A stretch of 63,732 bases of DNA, counting the filler, from Octopus bimaculoides (taxonomy: Eukaryota), in NCBI RefSeq assembly GCF_001194135.2. It is 5 parts of 5 records of this genome, joined end to end, with 100 filler letters (N's around TTAATTAATTAA, not from the genome) between each part and the next. Parts side by side here need not be neighbours in the genome. Positions count along the whole stretch, not along the records: positions 31,568 to 52,507 come from NC_069009.1; 4 more parts are not named here. One strand, 5' to 3'. This document shows, in pieces, positions 33,540-47,374 of the stretch (positions within the stretch are counted from its first letter, which is position 1; each line of letters opens with the position of its first letter). Position numbers and translations under genes: made by a program. The notes under the pieces are model-generated. The model was not told the origin of the DNA and made no database searches. It saw only the letters and a program-made list of their open reading frames with translations.

Positions 33540-35935
33540 GTAAACACCCATCAACAACATCCCCATCCATGCCACCACATATCAACACCCTCACCCTGCA
33601 ACTAACATAACCAGCACTACCACCACCACCACAATGGATATTAACACCAACACCGCCATATTTCCTACCAACGCTAACATACCCATTTAAAACACAGATG
33701 TATAGACATACACATACCTTCCGCAATACACACACATTCTCATAACTAGATATACAAAGACGCACCGCAACACAAACACACATCAGTACTACACACACAC
33801 ATACATACACACACAAACATACATGCATAAATATGATACACACACACACATATATATATATATACACAACGACTTCCATATCAAACATGGTACAAGGCTA
33901 TCAGTCTATCAAAACGAAATAGTAATCAGTGAGGCAATCTAATGAAACAAATGTGGACTCCAAAAATATAAAACAATAATATAACACAAACCTACCAACA
34001 ATACCACAAGCATTTCTAATACCACCACTGCCACCACCACCAGTATCATGAATGTTTCCTACAGCAATGGTTCTGTCTAATTACCAATCCACCACCAGTA
34101 CCACTACCACCACCACCACCACCACAATATTGCATATAGTGCAAGGCTATCAAACTATCGTGTGAAATATTAATCTGTGAGGCAGTGTAACAAAACAATT
34201 GTGGAGTCCCAAAATACAACCAACATTAACAGCAACCACCACCACCACCACTACTAGTTTTATGTTTTAATGAGCCCACCTCACTACCTAGCTACCTATC
34301 TACTAATCTACCTTCTTTACAAATCCACCCAACAGTACTACCACAAAAACCACCACCACCACCACCACCACCACCACCATTGCTATCATCACCACCAGCA
34401 CCACCACCCACCACTACTACCAACACCACTAACACCTTCCTTTTCAACAAACCCACACCTATCTCCCTCCTCACCTACCTTACATCTCTACTAATCTGCC
34501 TGCCAGCAACACTACCGCCAAAACCACAACAAACACAACCTCCACCACTGACACCACCATCAGCTTCCTTTGTCAATGTACCCAACTATCTACCTCCCCA
34601 TCTATCAATCTACACACTTATCTGCCAATCCACCCTGCACTACGAACAAAGCCACAACCACCATCACCACCACCACCATGCAACCATCAACCAACACCAC
34701 TATTGGCCTCCTTTATCAATGAACCTACCTATCTACCTTCTTACCAACCTATCATGTAATCCTCACACCTGCAATGCTACCACCAACACAACCACCATCA
34801 CCACCGATAACAACAACCATAAAAACACCATTAACTTCCTTTTACGATTAACCCATCTACCTAACTACATATCTATTCAGTAATCTACTTGCTTATCTAG
34901 CAGTCCACCCACTGGCAGTGCTATTACCAAAACCACCACGTTCAATATTAACATTACTACTACCAACCACCACCATGAACGCAACCAAAACCACTGATAC
35001 CAGAACCACCACCACCACCACTAACACAGCTACTACCAAAACCACTAGATCCAGCATTACCAGCAATAACTGCAATACTAACACCACCACCACTACCATC
35101 ACCACCATGCTAATACCAGCACCACTGCCATCAACACTACCACTACTACCATCACCATGACCAGCATTAACACTAACCACCACTACATCCAATATTAAAA
35201 TTACTATCACTAACCACCACCACCACCACCAACAACAACAACACCACCACTGACACTAAAACCACTGCTACTACTACTACTACTACTATCAAAACCATCA
35301 CAGTCAGCATTAACGCCAACCACCACCACGACCACCACAACCAACACTACCACCAACGCCACTACTACCATCATCACAACCAATACCTCTACCACTAAAA
35401 CCACCACAATCAGCACTTAGTGCCAACCACCACCACACTCCACCCCCAATGCCACCACCACCACCGCCGCCACCACCATCACCACCAATAGCACTTCCCC
35501 CTCCACAGACAAAGGAGCATGGAGTNNNNNNNNNNNNNNNNNNNNNNNNNNNNNNNNNNNNNNNNNNNNNNNNNNNNNNNNNNNNNNNNNNNNNNNNNNN
35601 NNNNNNNNNNNNNNNNNNNNNNNNNNNNNNNNNNNNNNNNNNNNNNNNNNNNNNNNNNNNNNNNNNNNNNNNNNNNNNNNNNNNNNNNNNNNNNNNNNGG
35701 TGGTTGCAAAAGCCTAAGTGGTAGTAGTGATATGGTGAATATGATTGTTGTTGTGGTAGTGGTGGTGTTGGTGGTGGTGGTAGTTGTGATGGTGGTGGTG
35801 GTTGTGGTGGTGTGATGTTGGCTGTGGTGGTATTGGTTGTGGTGGTGGTGGTGGTGGTGGTGGTAGTTGTGATGGTGGTGGTTGTGGTGGTGTGATGTTG
35901 GTTGTGGTGGTATTGGTTGTGGTGGTGGTAATCGT
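33540..35935. repeat. Low-complexity CAC/AAC/CTAC-rich block
   Basis: Read directly; source of the poly-T/H/V ORFs. Confidence 0.9.
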
Positions 35936-35940
35936 CAGTA

Positions 35941-36380
35941 TAGTATACTAACTACTATACTGCACATTAGATAATGTAGTCCTAGATACACTATGCCTGA
36001 ACAAAAGGTGGGATGGTCATAACTGGAACATCATTAATTATAAGTCGACTGGATCAGGACTGACCTGGGGTTAAACAACAACAACTATAGCCACTAATAC
36101 TAATTACTATACGATACATTAGATAATGTAGTCCTAGATACATTATGTCTAAATATAGAATGGGATGGTCACCGCTGGAACATGTTTGATCATAGGTCTA
36201 CAGGAACAGGATTGACCTGGGGTTAACCAACAACTATAACTGCTAATACTAACTATTATACTGTACATTGGATAATGTAGTCCTAGATACACTATGAATA
36301 AAAGAGGGGATGGTCACAGCTGGAAGATCTTTGATTACAGGTCTACTGGATCAGGACTGACCTGTGGCTAAACAACAATC
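35941..36380 (+). repeat. Three tandem ~150-bp units ending in (CAA)n
   Basis: ATAATGTAGTCCTAGATAC at 35971, 36123 and 36272. Confidence 0.9.
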
Positions 36381-36384
36381 ACTA

Positions 36385-37330
36385 TGGTCACTTGGTTAAA
36401 TACTAGCCAGAACCTTGCCAGAAGGTGGCATGCTGGGGGCATTGTGCTGTGCAGACAAGAGAGTCTCTGAAACTCAGCATCACTTTCATCAAACCAGTCC
36501 CTATGATTGGCTACAGCATATCTCAGTGTTTTAGCTGAGTTGAAAACACCCAGTCTTTCCTCCCAAGCTGTAATGGTGTTTGATGCTAGATAAGTGATTC
36601 TAAAGTTTCTTCTCACAAGAGGATCATATAGCTGATAGACATTCAGAGGCCGAGGAACCGCAGCTGGCCCTCCTCTCCTTCACCCTAATTACAATCTGGA
36701 ACTTTGCTTGCGCCAAGCAGTAGTCTATTGACCACTCGAATCCATGGAAGGACAGACATGACATTACAAATGTCATAGATATCATGTTTACAAATGATGA
36801 CATAATCCAGCAGGAGGAAGATACTAGACCTTGAGTGCATCCATGCTGTGTGGTCACCTCTGAACATAAAGTCAGTGTTTGCAATGTGGAGACCATATTC
36901 TTTGCAAAGCTCTAGGGATATCAAACCACTGCTATTCACCATTCCAATATGGAACTGCTTAAGAGAGTTTCATGTTTGCCTCTGTTCCAACTCTGGCATT
37001 GAAATCCCCCAGTGGAATGACTTTGTCATACTTTGGGGTTTCTCTCAGTACAGCTCTCATTTGGGCATCGAAAGTTGTTTTATCTTCATCAGAACCGGAC
37101 AGAATGGGAGGGTAAACAAATCACCTGTCTCTCAAGTGCAGAAGCAGAACCATCAAATGATCCTTTATAGGGATAGATCACTTGTGAGTTTTCTAAGGAG
37201 TACCACAGGTAACATGGAATCCAGTACAACCTGTTGCATGGTCGGGTCTTCAACAACTAAACTAGCAGCCCCACTAGGCGTCCCTGGTGAGGAGGGTTAC
37301 TAGAAACCCAGCAGAACTAAAAACAAGACC
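36385..37330 (-). mobile_element. RTE LINE apurinic-endonuclease (APE) region
   Basis: GDFNARVG, LELCKEYGLHIANTDF, AWMHSRS...LLDYVII. Confidence 0.8.
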
Positions 37331-37559
37331 TGTCAAAAGGATAGATGAACCTAGTGTTGGTTCAGTGAGTATCTGGAAATAGCACAAGTACTCAGCAACT
37401 CTGAGTTGGTGTCTGGTGTACCGCTAATGCATGTCTCTAGAAGATCACTCGGTGACTCTTTTCTATCCACAGAGATTTTTACCCAAATTTTACATGCCAT
37501 TATTTAGGGCCTTATTCACCAATAACAAAGAAAATTTATTAATGTTTAGCACAAACAAA

Positions 37560-37858
37560 GGTCAAGCCACATTTTTTTCTATGTAGCTGCTCTGCTTGTA
37601 AAATTGTGCCTTATCTACAATCGGGTGCCTTATCTACAATCGACCAGGCAATTTTGAATTTGTGAGGACTTGCCTCACATAAAATGCAACAAACTGTGAC
37701 ATATTTTTCTCAAGGTTGTTAAATGAATGTCTGTGTTTATAAAATCGATTTTTGAATGTCAATTTAGTTGTCCCAATATATATATTTTTAGGTTTGTCTC
37801 TGTTGTTTGTTTCTACTTCAGTGCAGTATGTTATCGACTTTTGGCAAACAGTTACCAT
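37560..37858 (-). mobile_element. Penelope-like GIY-YIG endonuclease fragment
   Basis: SITYCTEV...NIYIGTTKLTFKNRFYKHRHSF. Confidence 0.7.
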
Positions 37859-37894
37859 CTAGTGGGCAGTTCTCACGAACTCTGAGGCTGCATG

Positions 37895-39020
37895 ATCATT
37901 GTTAGACAGCTGATGATGATGCTGATGACAGTGATGATGATGATGATGATGATGATGGTGATGATGATGGCGATGGTTATGGTGGTGATGCTGATGATGA
38001 TGACAATGATGATGATGAGGATGATGATGACAACAACCAATATATACAACAAACAAAAATGCAGATATAACCACCATCACCACACTACCCCACCCCACCG
38101 ACCAGTCAATCAACTACAACAATAACAACAGCAAAACAACTACTATAACCACTACCACTATGACAATCACCAATACTACCACCACTACCACCACCACCAC
38201 CAACAACAACACCATGTACTACCACCGATCCTTCCCCCTGCAGCACCAACCATGCCCACCACAGCATACTGTAACAGCAGCCAATAATAAAAACAACCAG
38301 AGAACAACAATAAACGAAACCAACCCTACCCATACACCCACCCCCACCCCCTCGATCTCCATCAGTAAGGAACATTTTTCCAATACTCCAAATGATTGGA
38401 ATCAATCAAGACCTGTCGATATCGGGAATATATTCAGCTGTTGATTTCTTGTACACAGGGCTACATAACATTGTGACACAAAAATAAAAAAAACATTATT
38501 GTTATTACCACCACCACCACCACCACCACAATCCCTNNNNNNNNNNNNNNNNNNNNNNNNNNNNNNNNNNNNNNNNNNNNNNNNNNNNNNNNNNNNNNNN
38601 NNNNNNNNNNNNNNNNNNNNNNNNNNNNNNNNNNNNNNNNNNNNNNNNNNNNNNNNNNNNNNNNNNNNNNNNNNNNNNNNNNNNNNNNNNNNNNNTATGT
38701 ATGTATATTTGCATTCTTCAAAGACAAGTCCTTTGTTCCGTTATTTATGTTGCTTTTGTGCTCTCCTTTGTTTCATATTGTTGTTGTTTTTATTGTTGTT
38801 ATTATAATGTTATGTCGTTGTTGTTACTCTTTGTTTTTGTTCTACTTTGATATTATTATTCTTGTTGATGGTATCATCATCATCATCATCATTATTATTA
38901 ATATTATTATTGTTATTATTAGTATTACTAATATTATTATATATTTTATTCGTTACCACAACGGATTATACGTATAAACTGTTTTTATGATTGTTAACAC
39001 TTTTATCATCATTATTATTA

Positions 39021-39081
<61 letters not shown>

Positions 39082-39136
39082 GGTTATGGACATTGTTATT
39101 ATTAATATTATTCAACTTCTGGCTGACGTCGTTGTA

Positions 39137-39181
<45 letters not shown>

Positions 39182-39233
39182 ATTATTATTATCATTATTG
39201 TTACTATTATTATCATTATCTCTACTATTATTG

Positions 39234-39268
<35 letters not shown>

Positions 39269-39880
39269 CTTATTCTTATTATTCTTGTAAACACCACTAT
39301 ATAGTTTTATGTCACACTGGCAGATTGTAAATAAAACAATTATTACTGTTGCTGTTGTATTATTATTATTATTATTATTACTATTATTACTATTATTATT
39401 ATTATTATTATAATCATTCAGTAGTCTTATTTCTATCCCGTGCTTTCACTGCCCTACCGAGCACAACTCCATGTGCCTTGGGTACGTACTGTGGTTCGTT
39501 GTGATGCTCTTATTTTTACTGTATTACTATTATTATTATTATTATTATCATCATTATTATTATTATTATTGTTGTTGTTGTTGCTGTTATTGTTAGTAGT
39601 TTATTGTCAACACCACTACAGAGCTTTATAACACACTGTCAGATTGCAAATAAAACATGACCATCATCATCATCATCATCATCATCAATATTGTCATCAC
39701 CATCATTGTCATAATCTTCTTCATCACCGCTATCATCATCGTCATTACTATTGCTCTTGATGTTATTCTTATTGTTATTAGTTTATTCGGCACTCTGCTA
39801 CATAACTTTCTTTTACACTGGCAGATTGTAAAAATCGAAGATTACCTTTGCTATTGTAGTTCATCATCATCTTCTTATTA
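37895..39880. repeat. (GAT)n, (CAC)n, (ATT)n and (CAT)n trinucleotide blocks
   Basis: Read directly from the sequence. Confidence 0.9.
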
Positions 39881-40198
39881 TTATTGAGTGAGAGAGCAGC
39901 ACATGCCATCAAAATGATGCTGGGGTACAACTACAAGGATACACCAGATACATGCATCACAACCATATGTGCGCGACATGGTGATCTCATATCAAGATAT
40001 ATAGTATATGTCCTTTCAGGTGGAGGACAAACACAGACACACAAACATATACACATATTTTTAAGGTGCCACACAGAGGGACTGAACCTGGAACTATGTG
40101 GCTGGTAAGCAAGCTTCTTACCACACAGCCATGTAAACAACATATATATATATACACACAAATGTACATACATATATATATATATATACACACAAATG

Positions 40199-40236
<38 letters not shown>

Positions 40237-41712
40237 GCATACAAAAATATATATATATATGCATACATATAGATACACACATACTTACATATATATATAA
40301 TATATGCATACATGAATATATATATATATATATATATACATATATATATNNNNNNNNNNNNNNNNNNNNNNNNNNNNNNNNNNNNNNNNNNNNNNNNNNN
40401 NNNNNNNNNNNNNNNNNNNNNNNNNNNNNNNNNNNNNNNNNNNNNNNNNNNNNNNNNNNNNNNNNNNNNNNNNNNNNNNNNNNNNNNNNNNNNNNNNNNN
40501 NNNNNNNNNNNNNNNNNNNNNNNNNNNNNNNNNNNNNNNNNNNNNNNNNNNNNNNNNNNNNNNNNNNNNNNNNNNNNNNNNNNNNNNNNNNNNNNNNNNN
40601 NNNNNNNNNNNNNNNNNNNNNNNNNNNNNNNNNNNNNNNNNNNNNNNNNNNNNNNNNNNNNNNNNNNNNNNNNNNNNNNNNNNNNNNNNNNNNNNNNNNN
40701 NNNNNNNNNNNNNNNNNNNNNNNNNNNNNNNNNNNNNNNNNNNNNNNNNNNNNNNNNNNNNNNNNNNNNNNNNNNNNNNNNNNNNNNNNNNNNNNNNNNN
40801 NNNNNNNNNNNNNNNNNNNNNNNNNNNNNNNNNNNNNNNNNNNNNNNNNNNNNNNNNNNNNNNNNNNNNNNNNNNNNNNNNNNNNNNNNNNNNNNNNNNN
40901 NNNNNNNNNNNNNNNNNNNNNNNNNNNNNNNNNNNNNNNNNNNNNNNNNNNNNNNNNNNNNNNNNNNNNNNNNNNNNNNNNNNNNNNNNNNNNNNNNNNN
41001 NNNNNNNNNNNNNNNNNNNNNNNNNNACACGTACATCAATGTATGTGTATACATACATGTTTGTGCATAACAACTAACTAAGCATACAAATTTATTTATT
41101 CCAGCTTAACTTCCCCTCTATTATCTTAACCCCAGACTTAGCTTATTCTTTCCTCAATCCCCATCTATTTCACACAACCCATAAACATATTCTGACCCCT
41201 AACCCCACTTATTCCCAATTGCTCCCTACATTCCATCACTTTAGTGACCCTCAATTATTCTTTAACCTTTATATCTTTAACTTCGTATTCCTCTGGCTCC
41301 TTTTTACCATTTTACAAAACAACCCCCTTTTTTTTTTTTTTACATATGTTAATATTATCAATCACATTTTAGTTCAGAATTCCCAATTTTCTTGCCAATA
41401 AAGACTTCGTTTATTTAAATGAAATTTTCATACAGACCTAAGTGTTTTGAATGGCTGTGTGGTAAAGTGTTTCGCTTCCCAACCATGTGGTGAAGGGTTC
41501 CATTTCACCCAGGGCTAGTGTCTACTACTATAATCGATTTACAAATGCAATGACCAATCTTAAAAGCAATTGGATTTTATTCACAAGGTATTGGAATCTT
41601 ATATGTGTACCATTCTGCCTAAACAATGGACTTACAAATACAATATCCCTACATTCACTCTCTATTTCCTATCTTATCTAAACTAACTATTGTTTAACCA
41701 TCCCCTCACACC

Positions 41713-41760
41713 GTCTCCGATGAAGGGATATAATGAATATCCTGGAAACAGCTGTAAGAC
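41713..41760 (+). ncRNA. Minimal type I hammerhead ribozyme motif
   Basis: GTCT-CCGATGA-A-GGGATA-taatgaa-TATCCT-G-GAAA-CAGCTG-TA-AGAC. Stem I GTCT/AGAC, 6-bp stem II, palindromic ACAGCTGT stem III, GUA triplet; U4->C deviation. Confidence 0.65.
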
Positions 41761-41786
41761 CTTCTATTTATAAATGTTCTATATAT

Positions 41787-41931
41787 ACTGGAGCCTAGCA
41801 GCGGGAAGTTTAGACAGTGTTATGTGACAACTTGCTGGGGCTGCCTACTGGACCCTAGCAGCGGAAAATTTAGACAGTGTCACGTGACAACTTGCTGGGG
41901 CAGCCTGCTGGAGCCTAGCAGCAGGTATAAA
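41787..41931. repeat. 60-bp GC-rich minisatellite running into a gap
   Basis: CTGGAGCCTAGCAGCGGGAAGTTTAGACAGTGTTATGTGACAACTTGCTGGGGCTGCCTA, about 2.4 units. Confidence 0.85.
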
Positions 41932-42662
41932 NNNNNNNNNNNNNNNNNNNNNNNNNNNNNNNNNNNNNNNNNNNNNNNNNNNNNNNNNNNNNNNNNNNNN
42001 NNNNNNNNNNNNNNNNNNNNNNNNNNNNNNNNNNNNNNNNNNNNNNNNNNNNNNNNNNNNNNNNNNNNNNNNNNNNNNNNNNNNNNNNNNNNNNNNNNNN
42101 NNNNNNNNNNNNNNNNNNNNNNNNNNNNNNNNNNNNNNNNNNNNNNNNNNNNNNNNNNNNNNNNNNNNNNNNNNNNNNNNNNNNNNNNNNNNNNNNNNNN
42201 NNNNNNNNNNNNNNNNNNNNNNNNNNNNNNNNNNNNNNNNNNNNNNNNNNNNNNNNNNNNNNNNNNNNNNNNNNNNNNNNNNNNNNNNNNNNNNNNNNNN
42301 NNNNNNNNNNNNNNNNNNNNNNNNNNNNNNNNNNNNNNNNNNNNNNNNNNNNNNNNNNNNNNNNNNNNNNNNNNNNNNNNNNNNNNNNNNNNNNNNNNNN
42401 NNNNNNNNNNNNNNNNNNNNNNNNNNNNNNNNNNNNNNNNNNNNNNNNNNNNNNNNNNNNNNNNNNNNNNNNNNNNNNNNNNNNNNNNNNNNNNNNNNNN
42501 NNNNNNNNNNNNNNNNNNNNNNNNNNNNNNNNNNNNNNNNNNNNNNNNNNNNNNNNNNNNNNNNNNNNNNNNNNNNNNNNNNNNNNNNNNNNNNNNNNNN
42601 NNNNNNNNNNNNNNNNNNNNNNNNNNNNNNNNNNNNNNNNNNNNNNNNNNNNNNTATATATA

Positions 42663-42823
42663 CGAGGGTGCGCTGAAAAGTTCCTGAAAAGTGCGCTGAA
42701 AAGGATCAGTTAATTATAATTTTTTTCAACATATGCCCCTTTCAGGTTCACACACTTATTGCCATGGTCCTTCAGTTTTTCTAAACCCTGCAAAAGAACC
42801 AGGAACTTTTGAGCAACCCCTTG
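42663..42823. mobile_element. Mariner-type MITE
   Basis: TA-CGAGGGTGCGCTGAAAAGTTCCTG at left; CAGGAACTTTTGAGCAACCCCTTG-TA at right. Confidence 0.75.
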
Positions 42824-42914
42824 TAGACAGATATCAGTCTGTATTTGTTTATGCCATGTCTATAATAAATACTAAATGAAATTAGTTTCAAACAGTAGTA
42901 TTGGTTCTAAATTT

Positions 42915-43591
42915 TGGCACAAGGCTTGAAATTTTGAGGGAGAGGATAAGTTGATTATATCGACCCCAGTGTTTAACTGGTACGTAGTTTATCGACCCCA
43001 GAAGGATGAAAGACAAAGTCAGCCTTGGCAAATTTGAACTTAGAATGTAAAGATGGATGCAATGCTGCTAAGCATTTAGTCTGGCATGCTAACGATTCTG
43101 CCATAGTCATAATAATAATAATAATAATAATAATTTCTACTGGGAGCACAAGGCCTCAAATTTGGGGAAGGGATTAAGTCGATTACATCGACCCCAGTGC
43201 GTAACTGGTACTTATTTAATCAAGCCTGAAAGGATGAAAGGTAAAGTCATCCCTGGTAGGATTTGAACTCAGAACATAGCGTCAGACGAAATACTGCTAA
43301 GCATTTTGCCCAGCATGTTAACAATTCTGCCAGCTCGCTGCCTTAATAATAATTATTATTTATTTCTTTATTACCAAAAGGGGGCTAAACATAGAGGGGA
43401 CAAGCAAGGACAGACAAAGGGTTTAAGTTGACTACATCGACCCCGGTGCATAACTGGTACTTATTTAATCGACCCCAAAAGGATGAAAGGCAAAGTCGAC
43501 CTCGGCAGAATTTGAACTCAGAACGTAGCGGCAGACGGAGTACCACTAAGCATTTCACCCGGCATGCTAACAATTCTGCCAGTTTGCCACC

Positions 43592-43660
<69 letters not shown>

Positions 43661-43900
43661 GCAATAATAATAATAATAATGACATTTGCTTCATATTTTA
43701 GCTCAAGGCCAGTAGTTTTGGGGGAAGGTGTAAGTTGATGACATCAACACCAGTGCTCAACTGGGGCTTATTTTATGGGGCCCCAAAAGGATAAAAGTGT
43801 AAAGTTGCCCTTGGCCAAATTTAAGCTCAGAATGTAACGACGGAGAAAACCCTGCTAAGCATTTTACTTGGCATACTAATGATTCTGCTAGTTCAATGCT
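42915..43900 (-). mobile_element. Cluster of four SINE family 2 copies separated by (AAT)n
   Basis: Copies at about 42915, 43145, 43365 and 43695; tails A and B both present. Confidence 0.85.
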
Positions 43901-44169
43901 TTATTTTAAGCGATAATATTTATCCCCAAATCTATGAGTGGATTATGTGGATTAACAGGGAATAATCGCCCTGGGCAAGAGAATAGACGAAAATATCTAT
44001 CACATGACTCTGAATATCATAGCAATTGGTTCAATACAGTGCACATTTTCTAATGATGCTCTTTTTATGCAACCATCAAATCTCCATGTGTAGTTAAACA
44101 ATCATATCTTGATGTGCTTGTGAATATTTTCTTTATAATTACACAACTATACAGACTTAATATTGAAGA

Positions 44170-44432
44170 AGCTACAACCACAAAGATATTTATGTGCATG
44201 TGTGTGTGTGTGCATGTGTGTATATGTAAGAATGAGTATATATATATGTGTATATGTGTGTGTGTATGGAACGGATAGAGAGGGAGTGAAGGTTAGATAT
44301 ACACAGACACAAACACATTAATAAGTAAGCTTATGCATGTGCATAAAGGTATGTGTATCTGTGGTTGCTTTCTGTGTGTGTGTGTGTGTGTATTACATAC
44401 ATTCACACAGAGCCAAACAGGTGTATATTTAT

Positions 44433-44484
<52 letters not shown>

Positions 44485-44545
44485 GTACCTACATAAATAC
44501 ATGCATTTAATGTATATATATATATGCCTATATGTATATGAGTCA

Positions 44546-44582
<37 letters not shown>

Positions 44583-45560
44583 TATATATACATACACACG
44601 CACACATATTAAATACATATACATTTAGATGATCATAGACACATACATCCTTGTATATGTAAAATACACACGTATGTATATAAGTGTGTGTGTGTGTGTA
44701 TACACACATATCTCCCTCTCTTTGCTTCTGTCTGTCTGTCTCTCTATATATATATGCATATATATATATATATACATTCAATATATACATATACATCAAT
44801 ACAATATATACATGCATACATAGGCACACTCACACTCAGATATATATATATATATATACAAACAATGTATACACACAATATTTATAAATATATATATATC
44901 TACATATATACATACATACACAAACACATACAAACACACACACATATACACACATATATACACATATATATACACACACATATATGTAAGCATGCCTGAT
45001 TTGCTCAATGTTATGTCTATGACTTGTTAATAACATTCTGTTGAAAATTTCCTCGTGACCCCTCAGAGGTCAACCCCTAAATTCACTTTACAAATGAGTG
45101 TTAGAATAAACAACACAGACATTATCACACACAACATTTTTCATAGAACAACCAAACAAGATGCTGAATAAGCATAGGTAATGTATACATACAGGTATAT
45201 ATAGTATATATACATGCAGTGTGTGTGTGTGTTTCTATATGTGTGTAGATGTATACGTAAGTGTGCATGAGTGTGTGTACATATGAATGCACATAACACG
45301 TATAAACAATGAATTTACAGATATTTATCTCCCTCTTTTCTCTCTTTGTGTCTGCGTATATGTGTGTGTATATATATATATATCTATCTATAATATACAC
45401 ACACACACACACACACACATACATATACATACATACGCATGCATATATCTATATCATTATATAGATACACACTTTCATACACACATGCACGCACTCACAA
45501 ACATCTTTATACATATGTATATACATACCTATATATATATATATCTATATATATATATGC

Positions 45561-45604
<44 letters not shown>

Positions 45605-46385
45605 NNNNNNNNNNNNNNNNNNNNNNNNNNNNNNNNNNNNNNNNNNNNNNNNNNNNNNNNNNNNNNNNNNNNNNNNNNNNNNNNNNNNNNNNNNNNNNNN
45701 NNNNNNNNNNNNNNNNNNNNNNNNNNNNNNNNNNNNNNNNNNNNNNNNNNNNNNNNNNNNNNNNNNNNNNNNNNNNNNNNNNNNNNNNNNNNNNNNNNNN
45801 NNNNNNNNNNNNNNNNNNNNNNNNNNNNNNNNNNNNNNNNNNNNNNNNNNNNNNNNNNNNNNNNNNNNNNNNNNNNNNNNNNNNNNNNNNNNNNNNNNNN
45901 NNNNNNNNNNNNNNNNNNNNNNNNNNNNNNNNNNNNNNNNNNNNNNNNNNNNNNNNNNNNNNNNNNNNNNNNNNNNNNNNNNNNNNNNNNNNNNNNNNNN
46001 NNNNNNNNNNNNNNNNNNNNNNNNNNNNNNNNNNNNNNNNNNNNNNNNNNNNNNNNNNNNNNNNNNNNNNNNNNNNNNNNNNNNNNNNNNNNNNNNNNNN
46101 NNNNNNNNNNNNNNNNNNNNNNNNNNNNNNNNNNNNTTACATATGCATACATATATTGATATGTATGTATGTGTATATATGTATATATGTACACACACAA
46201 ACATGCACACATACATATTTAATATATATATATATATATAAAGAAAGAATAAGGTAAAGAGACCAATGGCTAAGGTAGAATTATATTTTATGTATATATA
46301 TATATACATGTATATATATACACAGATATATATATATATTAGATACATATGTGTTTACATATGCATACATACATATAGCTATATA

Positions 46386-46417
<32 letters not shown>

Positions 46418-46560
46418 TAGATAGATAGATAGATAGATAGTTATATGTACGTATATATGTATGTATGTATTCACACACATATTTATATGTGCATTCAGCC
46501 ACATACATACTTACATGCGAACAAGCACATGGATACACACAAATGTGTACAATATATGAA
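44170..46560. repeat. Compound dinucleotide microsatellite field with gaps
   Basis: Read directly from the sequence. Confidence 0.9.
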
Positions 46561-46824
46561 TGAGAATGAAGGCAAGAGAAAGAAAGAAAGAGGTGGGGGG
46601 GGACAGAGATGGAGAGAAAGAAAACAAGAAACTGGTCTTTTATTAAACCATTCCACTACAAGAATTACTGCAAAGGTTTCGGACTCAATGAAATGGTCAA
46701 AAAGGCAAAAAGAAACAAAAAAATAAAAAAATTGGTAGCAGTGGCGGGGAAGGGGAGGAAGGAGAGGAAAAAATTGTTTCCTTTTTTTCCCCATTCTTAT
46801 GTTCAATATTCATTATTGATTCCC

Positions 46825-46869
<45 letters not shown>

Positions 46870-47159
46870 NNNNNNNNNNNNNNNNNNNNNNNNNNNNNNN
46901 NNNNNNNNNNNNNNNNNNNNNNNNNNNNNNNNNNNNNNNNNNNNNNNNNNNNNNNNNNNNNNNNNNNNNTTAATAATAATAATAATAATAATAATAATAT
47001 TAATAATAATAATAATATTTCATTTATTATTTGCCACAGGGGCGAAGAATGAGGGAGACAGTACAGAGGCAGACATAAAGAGTAGACCTGTTGATGATGA
47101 AGGGAAGCCCATAAGAGGATATAGAAAGGGGACAGCTAAGATTTTGAGGTTGGTGTTTG

Positions 47160-47334
47160 GGTGTCGACCCCAGTGTTTCACTGGTACTTAATTTATCAAT
47201 CTCAAAACGTTGAAAAGCAAAGTCGACCTCAGCGGAATTTGAACCTAGAACAGGCAGATGGATGAAATACCACTGATCATTTTGCCCAGCATACTAAGGA
47301 TTCTGCCAGTTCACCACATCCTATAATAGTAGTT

Positions 47335-47374
<40 letters not shown>

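Noticed and set aside
32790-36380. CRISPR-like arrays (the 270-, 150- and 60-bp periodic repeats)
   Set aside because: Whole units are homologous with no unique spacers, there are no cas genes, and the context is eukaryotic.
46670-46705. Minus-strand TTGAGTCCGAAAC as a hammerhead
   Set aside because: No CUGANGA core and no room for stem II.
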